From Camelus ferus (Eukaryota), in assembly GCF_009834535.1 (NCBI RefSeq), contig NC_045707.1, forward strand, positions 58,654,001-58,718,000: a stretch of DNA of 64,000 nt, in the 5' to 3' direction. The notes below the pieces were generated by a model. The model had not been told where the DNA came from. It saw only the letters and a program-made list of their open reading frames with translations, and did not search any database. Position 1 is the stretch's first letter. Each line of letters opens with the position of its first letter. Positions 48,727 to 59,890 of the stretch are shown here, piece by piece. Both the position numbers and the translations under genes were made by a program.

Positions 48727-51319
48727 ATAATTACTGTGTTCTTTGGTAATTTTTGCAACCCTTTCTCTAGAGCACTAAGTTTCCCTCTTTTTTCCCATCT
48801 TTTTCAATTTTCTGCTCGTGACTAATTAAACCATAAGATAATGAACAGAAGGAAAGGCTAATAAATATTAGCCTATTACACAAAGGCTAATAAATTTCCC
48901 TTTCTCATTGTGTAATTTTTTACTGAACTATAGATTTCAACAGACAGTGGGGCACATGTTGGTCAGATCTGATTTAGAAATTGAGGAGTGATGATGATAA
49001 ATTTCAAGATATGATTATAAATATTCAAAAATCATCCTTGAGTTTCTTTTTTCTCAAGATTGTTTATTTTTCTGTTTATCTTCTTGCCTTCCGTGACTGC
49101 TAACTATTGTTCCTGCGGTATTTGTTCTTGAGTAGCAGAGAGAGAGGAAAATAAATAAATAAATAAATAAAGCATCGGCTTTTTATTCAATACGTTGTCT
49201 GCCGACAGGTATAGCGAGAATTGGAATCAAGTCGCGATCGTTAAGCAGAGCAAGGAAGCCTCCTCTGATACACACTTGACCCGTGAGTTTCTAGTTAGAA
49301 AGTACAAAGAGGAACCCCTCACCGCCTAGAAGTGATAGAGAAATCAGGGGTTCTCTTAGGATCAATCAGGGCAGGGCTGATACATTTTTAAAAAGGAGAA
49401 AATTAAAGCTACAGAGTGCCTGAGCAGGAGAATGAAGAGGAAATGGTGTGTCCCTGGGGAGCAGTTAGTTCCTATTATGAGCACTGGTGTAAATTAGCAT
49501 AATCAGTCTCGCAGAGTCCAACGGGAAACTGGTCACGCATGCATATGGCGGATTTTGCATTATTTAGGAAGATTTTAATGCAGTCATTTGTAGGTTGGGA
49601 GCTAAAATTCTTTTGCCTCCTTATTTTATTTGATATATTATAAAGATACATAAAAGTCTGTTTCTAAATTTGTTAGCTAAGGAGTGAACAAAGATCTTAC
49701 GCAGAAAAGTAGAAATAGTTTAGTCATAGGAAAAAATAAACTTCCAAATGATTGGGGAAAAAAAAAATCTAAGATCTGGGGGGAAGAAATCTAAGATCGG
49801 GCTTCTAGTCTTACATAAGATTCATTTTCCCTCATCTCCACCATGACTTCTGAAGCACTCTGAAATGTTTACTTATTTATTTTTCTTTCAGCAAAGGTAT
49901 CTATTTGAAAAAAAATGTTAATTTAAATTAACAATACGTTGTGTATGAAATACTGTGAGATAGATTAAATCACGACATGGTTACTAACACCTTCGGTCTG
50001 CCTTCCTGCCCCTTCTCTCCCTCTTTTTTTTTTCCCCTCTCTCTCATTCCTCTCTTGTCTCCCTTAATTCCATTTCTTCTCTGCTCCCTCCTTCAAACAT
50101 CCTCTGAGGCTAGCCCTCAGTCCTAGCACGGGGGCTGATGCTGCAGAGTCACTGAAAAGAATCCTGCTGCTGAGCACTGGGCCTTGTGCTCTAAGTGCTG
50201 GAGAGCTCTGTGTAATGCAGGGGTGAGGGGCTGGCGAGGTTTCCCTACTGGTTCTGCTCCTGTCCAGCAGGTGAGATGGGTGCTGTGGTACAGACAGGTC
50301 TCAGATGCTCTGGGAATAGCGAAGAGAGGGGGTTAGGTTAGGAGGTTAGGTTAGGAAAAGTGGGGTCCAGCTCTTGAGCCAAATTTTTGATGTTTGAAAG
50401 AACATGGCACTTTCTAGAACGATGAGCAGGATCACTTTGTGTTCCTATGGGGGTAGTTGGAGGATAACATGTTGGTTTAACTGTTTTACTTTTTTCTTCT
50501 GTTTAATCTTCCGATGTTTTTATTGGTTGTTCCTATTACCTGGTTAGTGCTTTCCATCCCTAAGTTCTGTCAGAGCATCTGATGTCATTGTTTTGAGACA
50601 GCAAAGTGATGAGACAGAAATATACTTACTTTTGAAGTTCATGTTACCTTATCCATGTGTGATTCTGTAAGGTGTCCTTTTTCTCTGTCTTTTTCCTCCC
50701 ATCTGCCCTGTGTTTATTCCTGTATATGAATGAATAAGGTGCTTTGGCATATATGGAGATAAGGGAACAGACTGCACAGACTAGAGTGTCTTTAAATGGC
50801 AAGGATGCTGTTTAAATGGGCTGGGATTTTGGTAGGAGATAGTGAAAAATGATAGCCATGTATATAATTTTCACATAGATTTCTTGGGCATAGAATTTTG
50901 GTCTCAAAAATATTATTATACTTCTGCTTAAATATTATTGTTATTACCCAGCTATTGTCTGGGTAAGGATAATCCCTCTAAATTTTCAAGGATGTCAGCA
51001 GGTTAATTCTCCAACTGCTTTCTCCCATGATAAAAAATACAAACATAAACTAGTAGTGGTAGAAAATTACAAACGATGCTAACTTAACAAAGAGTCATAT
51101 TTCAACACAAGGAAATCCACAATCCACTTCAAACCTAGAGCCTCACAATGTTTTATGAAATACAAAATATGGAGACTAGTTTTGTGAGGTTAAAAGAGGG
51201 ACTGTATGTTGAAACTGCTATGCAAACTGTGAGGTAGTCTTCAAATCCAAACAACATTACTATCATTTTATATGTGAGAAATCAAGCACAATTAGAAAGA
51301 CAGAAGCAACTATTATTAT

Positions 51320-51485
51320 CCTGGGCAAGGGACTTAACCTTTCAGACTCTTAGTTTCCTCATCTGTAAAATGGGGTAATGATATCTACCTTGTAGACTTG
51401 TCAAAATTACAGATAACATATAAACATTCCTGTGCACAGAGCTTAGCCAATGGTCGGCAGTCATTAAGTGATATTTTTATTATGA
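51320..51485 (+). mobile_element. MIR SINE
   Basis: 'ctgggcaagggacttaacc...agtttcctcatctgtaaaatggggtaatgatatctacc'. Confidence 0.85.
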
Positions 51486-52699
51486 TTACAACAGACATTT
51501 CTAACCATCCCACGATCTGGGGGAATCAAACAAAAAAAGATTATTACACATTTTACTAACAAAACAAGTACCTCCAACTTAATCTATGTTGGATTCCAGG
51601 TGTTCAAAAAAAAAAAAACAGAAAACACCTGCGACTTTATATTTCAAGTTTCAGCTGGCCTGGGGGATTTTTCTAAGAATGAAGTTTAAAGAATAAGAAG
51701 TACAATGGAATGTCTGAAATAAAACAAGGAGAAGAAAAAAAGAATGATAGAAAATGCAACTCTTAACTGGCAACCGCCCAGGACAAGTGGGTGATTTCAG
51801 AATGATAATAAGCCCACACCCCTGTGGCTGTGGGCTGCTCCAAGTTCACGCGCAGTGGGGAACCTTCTGTGCCCTTCAATATCACACTGTACGTGCAAGT
51901 TATTTGTAACAGAACATTGAAAAGTCAATGAAGGCAAACTCGGTAGGCAGCTACTGTCAGAAAACATCTGAATCAATAGGACGCTATCAGAATTGTCTTT
52001 CCCAAGCAAAACACAAAACTGTATTAACCAAAAGCATGACAGCACTGTGAAATTTCCTCACTACAGTAACTTAAAGCAAGCACCTTGCCCAACAGGTCAG
52101 AAAATAGTCACGAAATGTCTTTATGGACTGTATGATTGAGGGTCACCTGAGAGGTGTGATGGTTCTGAACAAGAGGCAAGGTCATACACTTTAATCTTTA
52201 TTTGTTTTTGTAATGTAAGATCATTAAAAAAAAAATAGTAACACAAGATAGCAAAAATTTATTCTTCTCAAATTTATCTTTTTCATTTGCTACTATTATT
52301 CTATTACTAAGACTTCTACAGAATGAGAGATCCAGCAAAAAAACTAACAACAACAACGAATTAAAACAGTGATTTCCCACTGGTTAGGGATAAACTTCAG
52401 ACACTTGAACTTGACCTTCATGATCTCATTCTGCCTTAACCCTGACCATGTACTTACATAAATTCCTTAGTAATCAAAGTGGAAAACCAACATGCAAGTT
52501 AAGTCGTAGAAGGTCAGGATGAACTGCCTTTTCACTGGTAAAGTTTTTCAGGCAATGTACACCCACGTCCAACTGAATTCCAAATACTTCTTATCTTTGT
52601 ACTATTATGTTATACCTAATTTTAGAATGTATCCATTCCACTATAATGTGAATTACTCCAGGGCAGAGATGGTGTCTTGCCTTGCATATAACACCACCT

Positions 52700-52860
52700 A
52701 GAATTCCAACTCTGTCATTTATTAGCTATAAAAATCACTTAGCCTTTCTGATGATCAGCTTCCTCATCTGTAAAAATGGTGATAAAGCTTGTCTATTAGA
52801 TGTGTACAGATACAATACATATATGTGTGTATCTTGCGTTCAGTAAATGCTAGCTATAAA
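52700..52860 (+). mobile_element. MIR SINE
   Basis: 'cagcttcctcatctgtaaaaatggtgata...tcagtaaatgctagcta'. Confidence 0.7.
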
Positions 52861-53420
52861 ATTAATAAGCACATAAGGGATGTTTGTTGAAAACATGGAG
52901 GAATGAAAAAAATAGATGATATCTTACTGATTTAAGATTCATCCAGTAATTCTTGAACAATATTCCATAACACACAGATTGGAAATTAAATGGTAGTATT
53001 AGAGAAGTTGAAGGCTATAAATTCGCATTCCTTTTCTGAATCAACAATCCTCTTCTTACTATTCTATTTACGTTTAGAGAAATGGCAATTTAAAAATACC
53101 CCTAGCTTCTCAAATCTCCTAAAGAAAAGCTAATGTACAAAAACATCAGACAATCAGACTGAAGACTGGCTAATTCTAGTCAGAGAAGTTAAAATATGGC
53201 ATATTTATGACTCATATGCCCTAATTATCTTAAACTCATCTATTTCTATGGCTGATTGCCTATACTCAACTGGCTTTCTGTGATTAATTTTAGCATTTAT
53301 GAGATAAAAAGAGAGCCGTCCTGGAAGTCACAGTCTCATTGCATTTCTATCTTTGCATCTGAAGTTAGGAAACCGCAAAAAAATTCCACATTGGAAAACT
53401 ACATTATTCAATAAATTATA

Positions 53421-53847
53421 GAATAAGTGGATAAAAAAATGTAGCCTATACATACAATGGAATATATTATTCGAGCTTAAGAAGGATAAAAATTCTGACC
53501 CATGCTGTAACATGGATGGACCTCGAAGACATTATGCTAAGTGAAATCAGTCAGACACAGAAGGACAAAAATACTGTATGATTCCCCTCATGTGAGATAC
53601 TGACAGTAGTCAAATTCCTAGAGACAGAAAGCAGAATGGTGATGTCCAGGGGCTGTGGAGAGAGGGAACGAGGTGTAATTGTTTAATGGATACGAAGCTT
53701 CAGTTTGGGAAGATGAAAAAGTTCTGGAGGTGCATGGTGATGCCGTCTGTACAACAGTGCGGATGTACTTAACACTACTGAACTGTACACTTAAAAATGG
53801 ATAAAACAGTCAATTTTATGCTATGAATATTTTATCACAATTTTAAA
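53421..53847 (+). mobile_element. L1 3' end (L1MB-like)
   Basis: 'catggatggacctcgaagacattatgctaagtgaaatcagtcagacac...gaagatgaaaaagttctggag...gaactgtacacttaaaaatgg'. Confidence 0.92.
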
Positions 53848-54643
53848 GGGTCAAAATAAATTATAGATCTGTCTAGGGCTAAAGAACACAACTCTTGAAA
53901 ATAAGAGCTTACTGGAATGGGGTATTTGAGTATATGGATGAATCTAACTTTAGTGGGAAAAAAATGAGAGAAAAGAAAGTTTTCAATACAGCCAGCACTA
54001 GGATAGATCTGGTTAAAACAGGTCATGTCTTTAGTTCAACCAGCACTACGCGCCTACTCTGTGCCAGGGTCTGGGATACAGAGATGATGTGCATACCACG
54101 CCCAGGGAGTTCACCCTCTCATAGAGAAACTCTTCCAACATCGCTCCGGGGTAAGTCTGAAATTTGTGTGCCTAAGAGAACAGGTCTCGGCATTATGTAA
54201 CTCAGGTCTGCATCTGGCTCAAAAAAATCATTAGCTATGCGACATTGAGAAAGTTAGCTTGCTCCTCAGACTCTGTCTCCTCATTTATGAAATATGGATA
54301 TGAATACAAACTTCACAGGGAAATTATACAGAAGGCGCTCAGGAGGGAGTAAACGTTCAGTTTCGCAGTGACCACCTCAGCTGTCGAGTCCTAGGGCAGA
54401 GGCACCGGCTGGCTGGGGCTGCCTAACAGCCTGGTGCAATGAGGACCAGCAGGCTGGCTCGGCCTCACTGTGTCACTTCCATAACTGTTGACACCAGCAC
54501 AGGAAGAACACAGCCTTTGGTCATTACTAGTATTCTTGAAAACATAACTATTTACATCCAGAGTTATGATAGAAATTGAAAATGAAAATTGAAGTATTAT
54601 TTCCTCGATCCACATTGTCCAAGAGAATGGGTGGTCGAGAGGG

Positions 54644-55005
54644 TTGCGATGGACTGAAAGTTCACGTCCCCGCAAACATTCACACGTCAAAATCCTAATG
54701 CCCAATGTTCTGGTATTAGGGGGCGGAACCTTTGGGGGATGATTGGGACATGAGGGTGGAGCCCTCCTCATGAGTGGGATTAGTCCCTTAGAAAAGGGCT
54801 CTGCAGAGCTCTCTTGCCCTCTCTCTGCCACGTGAGGCTGTGATGAGCAGTCTGTCATTGGAAGAGGGCTCCACCAGGGCGTGACCATCCTAGCATCCTG
54901 ATCTCAGGCTCCCAGCCTCCAGAACTATGAGAAGTACATCATGTTGTCGATAAGCCACCCTCAGCCTAGGATGATTTACTCTCGCAGCCTGACCTGACGA
55001 CGGCA
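54644..55005 (+). mobile_element. MaLR solo LTR (MLT1A-like)
   Basis: 'tgcgatggactgaa...ggtattagggggcggaacctttggg...catgagggtggagccctc...cccagcctccagaactatgaga'. Confidence 0.9.
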
Positions 55006-57616
55006 ATGGTACAAAGAAAACAGCTTCCTCCACGTCGAGAGGGCACTTAAGTATTTACGTCATGAATTGACTGCTTGTATATTTTGCATATCACAAAGAA
55101 ATTTTAGGTGTTAAATAGTAGACGAATAATATTTAAGCATTTACTTTAATTAAGTTACACATTACAGGAGAAAAAAGCACAGTTAATTTCTGCCGACTAC
55201 TCTTTGTTGACAAGCTTTGCGAGAGCCCCTGGGAAAACTTGGAGAGAGATCCTGGGCTCTTAAGTGGAGGGTCAGAGAGAAAGGCTGACATCAAGAGCCG
55301 TGCAGGATGCTCCCTCCAGGGCTTGCGGTGCCTGTCCCCAAATATTGCCACCCACCCTACCTCAGTTCGTCACTGCAGGACCCCACACTGCGTCAAATCC
55401 CTTATGTCACTTGCTTACTTGGGCTGACAACTGTGCGTGTGTAGGGGGTGAGGGAGCAGAGAGAATGCAGGGCTGGTGTGAGTACTGTGACCTGGTTCTC
55501 CTTTCCTTAGACGTTCCCCTGTGCCAGCCGCATGGATGCATTCTGATCCAGAGCAAAGTGGGGTTAAGGGATTTGAAGCCGAAACCACTTTAAAGAAAAG
55601 GCAGCTGGAGAATGTCAGATGAGAAGCAGAATCTTATCAGGAAAAAAGGCAAAGGTAGAAAGAAGTGTGGCGGTGTCGAAAGCCAGCTTTGCTGATTTTT
55701 CAGATTTGGGGCAGGGTCGAATGAGTGTCAGAAGAAATGGAGAAACACTTGGCTCCTGCCTCCCACCCGCCTCACTCATCATCCTGTCCCCAGTCCCAGT
55801 GCGGGAAATATGTGGTTCAGCAACAGACCGTGTGTTTTCATGGGTCTGTTTGTGCAACCACTCTGGGTGAATATTCACCTTGTGTAATAAAAAACATCTT
55901 AAAATGAATTTCATTACATAGCTTTCACAGGTTGGGAACTGCCTGCATTTTCTCCATTTTTTTTTACGCTGACTCAATAACAAATTTGGGTTTGCCTTTT
56001 GTAAAATATATTGACAATTATTCAAATCTTTTCATAATTGGAAACAATGAACGTATGAATACTTACACAAATATGCAAACCCATCTTTTCTAGAATTATG
56101 TTAATAGGCATCATCCAGGTAAATAAAAAAAATCTTGCATTCTAGAATACAGTAGTATTATAAATGCTATCACATATAAAATGCTTTAAGACATAGCTGG
56201 GGGGCCATGATGAAAAACTTCCCTAAAATAAGAAAAGGGTATTTTAAAGTACAAAAGAGAAGGAAAATTCAAGGCTAAATAATGTTCAAATAGTATATAC
56301 CTAATAAAAAATAAATAACTTCCCTGGCGGTGTTAAAGCAAATGTGTCAGTGCTACATGCCAACATACAATGGAGAAGCAAAAACCCTAAGCAACTGGCA
56401 AAACTGCTAAGAATTATTTCTTACATTTCAGACTGTTGAAAAGTCATATAATACCATATTGGGGGGGGTCACTGAGCGAGCAAACCAATGCATTTTGAGC
56501 ATTTGTTTAGTGACTTTATTTCTTCAGGCTGAAACATTTTTTACCACATTATCAACACAGGCATTGCCAGGATTCTTTTTGAAAATGGAAAAATAAAAAC
56601 AATAGTGGGGTTAAGCAATTCATCTTAACCATGAGAACAGGAGACATAAATTGCGCAAATGTACAATGGAGCATATGTTGAACCAGATTTTTCATATTTC
56701 AGGATGGGAAAGAAATAAAATTGTAGCCTATGTCAGGATTAAATTTTAAGGAAAAGAGGAAAAAGATACTTAGCATAAACAGGACTTGACATGAAAAGGG
56801 AGAGTGGTGGTGGTATTTATATTCCATGTCAGTATTAGGAAGGGATTTTTAGGATATTTGCAAAAGAATGACTTAAACAGTAAAGCAAAGTGAAATGATA
56901 GATAAAAAAATTTATTAACAGAAAATAACTGAAGTACTAAAATGAGGAGAAACTCAATTCCTTACTATGGGTGGAAAAGCAGCAAAATAAGAAATTTTGT
57001 GGTCTAAGATTTACTGGATGAAAGAGTAGTTCTGTGACTTCAGTTTCAGGTATTGCATGTAACATTTTATGTAACCTTTTTCAAAGGAGAGTATATCTTT
57101 TTGCCGTGCAGTGGCATAACTCGGTCCTTACAATGGTGCATGGAATAACGTATGTTGTGTATAATTTACTTCTGGAATCTGCTCAGCCTGCAGCTTGGAT
57201 AGGTTTATCATCTCTGGAGAAAATGACCCCATTTGTGACTCCAAAGGCAGGCATTTCATGGTAGGCTAGAAATTCTCTTTGGTACCCTAGACATCACGAT
57301 ACATACTGATTCAGCTTACTTGTAGAACCATGAAGACTGTCAAAATGACTGTCAAAATGTCCCTAGTCTTATTTTTGACCTCTCAGAAAGGGAAGTCATG
57401 CTATTGCCCTGTTCTAATTTTGGCAGCATTCGCTTTAAGAAGGGAGAGGGCTCCTGGCGGACTGTTACTGTATCAAAACCAAACTTCATCCTGCATTCAG
57501 CATTTCTAGCCAGCCTTCACTTCTCTTTTTCCTTCATACTTTCCTTCCAGACTTCTCTGTGTTTTCTAATTTTAAAAGAATGCCCTTTTAATATCACAAA
57601 GATATCTTTCATAGCT

Positions 57617-58000
57617 AAGGTCATTCTAAGTGAAGTAAGCCAGAAAGAGAAAGAAAAACACCATATGATATCACTTAAGTGTGGAATCTAAAAAAAGACA
57701 AACTTATTTACAAAACAGAAACAGACTCACAGACCTAGAAAACAAACTTATGGTTACCAGCGGAGGAAGAGGGTGGGAAAGGATAAATTGGAAGTTCGAG
57801 ATTTGTAGATCCTAACAAATATAAATATAAAATAGATAGACAAGTTTCTTCTATATAGCACAGGGAACTATACTCAATATCTTTTGGTAACCTATAATGA
57901 AAAAGCATATGAAAAGGAATATATGTATGTTCATGTATGACTGAAGCATTATGCTGTACACCAGAAATTGACACAACATTGTAAACTGACAATACTTTAA
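57617..58000 (+). mobile_element. Younger camelid-type L1 (end of ORF2 plus 3' UTR), 5'-truncated
   Basis: Encodes VILSEVSQKEKEKHHMISLKCGI*, the L1 ORF2p C-terminus, followed by a 3' UTR like the 45930 copy. Confidence 0.92.
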
Positions 58001-58547
58001 CTTTTTTTCCATTTTTTTTTAAATTAATGTAACAACAAAATTATTTCCTGAACTTACCATATTAATTAACTCCTATAATAAACACTTAATAAGCATGTAT
58101 TGGAATTCTAATGTGAAACCTATAAAATAGGACTTATCGTCTTCATTTTAATACATTAAAGACAGTCTGACTAACTTTAGAACTTCACATGATATCTTTA
58201 AAACCATACTGCTGGTTTTAAAGCATTTCCCCTTATTCTCTTTTGTAATGGTACATTATATCTCGGAGTCATGAAAGACGGTAAAGTTTTCAGGAACAAA
58301 TGAAGACTACTTCTGATGAGAGCATCCAAATCAAAGACTCATGTTTCTAGAGATAAAAAGTGTTCTGAATTCTGCTGAATAATTATAACAGCTAACTTTA
58401 ATGTAGTACCTGCAATCCTGAGGTCTCCTAAATTGCCCGAAATCCCACAGCTAATAAACGGTAGAGTTGGGATCTGAACACAGAGTGAGTTTCAAGAGCC
58501 AACTACGATGCTACAGTACATTTATAGAAGGCTCCTTTTTACCCCGT

Positions 58548-58841
58548 TTATTTATTTTTTAATTCTTCTTATTTTTTTACTGAAGTGTAGTTGATTTACA
58601 GTGTTTCAGGTGTACAGCAAAAGGATTCAGTTATACATATACATATATATATGTATATTTGCAGATTCTTTTCCATTACAGCTCATTACAAGAAACAATA
58701 TAGTTCCCTGTGCTATATTGTAACTCCTTGTGGTTTATCTGTTTTACACACTGTAATATGTATCTATTAATCCGAAACTCCTAATCTCTCTCTCTCTCTC
58801 CCTTCTCTTTACCCCCTGGTAACCACAGCTTGTTTTCTATG
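58548..58841 (-). mobile_element. 5'-truncated L1 3' end with TSD
   Basis: 'gtttcaggtgtacagcaaaaggattcagttatac...ctggtaaccac'; TSD tagaag(g/a)ctcctt at 58525-58537 and 58842-58854. Confidence 0.88.
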
Positions 58842-59089
58842 TAGAAGACTCCTTCTTTAGCATTCTAGGAAATGCCCCAAGTCAAGAAATGTGGTTTAGC
58901 TTTGCTTTATCATGAAAAATAACAATTGTGGGAAACCCATCTTACCCAACTGTCCCAAAGAAAGCCACAGAATTCTCAATCATTTGGTAAATGAAGACAT
59001 GAAATGATTCTGAGCACAGTTATTCAGATGAGTATCTTAGATTACCGTTAAGTGTAAGTATTATTCTCTTTATAAAACAGACATTCCAA

Positions 59090-59215
59090 TATTTGTAATT
59101 AATTACAAGCTACTTGATGGCAGAGGCTGTGCTTTGTTCACTCCTATATCTCCAACACCTGAGACAATGTATACAGTAGGTACTCACTAGCAACTTTAAA
59201 GAATAATGAATAAAT
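59090..59215 (+). mobile_element. L2 3' end
   Basis: 'aagctacttgatggcagaggctgtgctttgttcactcctatatctcca...cagtaggtactca'. Confidence 0.75.
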
Positions 59216-59694
59216 AAAGGAAAACATTTCCCAAGTTATAACAAGGATTTTAAAGGGAATAAGCCCAGATAATGTCATAAGCATAAAAATCTAAGAAGCG
59301 TATAATGTAAGCATCCATTTTATTGTTAATTAATTTGCAAACAAGATGCAGACTATAGTTCTTTTTGTTCAGGTGACCTTTTATACTTAGGGATATCATT
59401 CCTTTCAGTTTTGGTTCTACTTTTTCTAACTAAAGATAGCCGTCTTTAATAATTAAACTCTCCTACCATGGTTTAATGTTAGCATCTGAAGGACAAATAG
59501 GCAGGATGCAGTCTAATGTTTATTGATAAAAGTGGTGTTATTTGTACATCAAGTATTCCTCATAGACTAATGACACAAAAAGTGATATATTCTTTCCTTC
59601 CACCTCCTCTCACCGTGTCATCATTCACACAGGAAAATGAAATACTTTGCCTTGACCAGTTAAGTGTTTATCCCTTTTCAAGTTACCACTCTCA

Positions 59695-59890
59695 GATAAT
59701 CAGACAGAACTGAATTCAAATGTTCACTCTGCTGCTTACTAAATTAGGCTAACTTTATATGGCTCTCAGTTCTTATTTTCATCATCTATAAAACCCAAAA
59801 TAACATAGGAAGAGTTCTTTTGATAATCAAATGAAATTTAATTGTATAATAAGTGGAATATCTAACACAAACTAAGAGCCCAATAAACAT
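59695..59890 (+). mobile_element. MIR SINE
   Basis: 'aatcagacagaactgaattcaaat...ctctgctgcttacta...catctataaaa...caataaacatt'. Confidence 0.7.

Noticed and set aside
50331..50356. TTAGG telomere-like repeats
   Set aside because: Only four interrupted pentamers, not vertebrate TTAGGG; ordinary micro-repeat
51630..51714. Minus-strand exon after a strong polypyrimidine acceptor
   Set aside because: Stops in all three frames and a weak donor; not coding
54391..54888. Longest ORF (165 aa, minus strand)
   Set aside because: Its N-terminal half is antisense MLT1A-like LTR sequence; no recognisable domain
55615..56025. 136-aa minus-strand ORF and neighbouring overlapping ORFs
   Set aside because: No recognisable protein and no convincing splice-site pair; overlapping ORFs reflect locally higher GC
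57398..57691. ORF ending in the L1 ORF2p C-terminus
   Set aside because: Only about 23 codons come from a truncated L1; no reverse transcriptase or endonuclease, so it is not a gene or an active element
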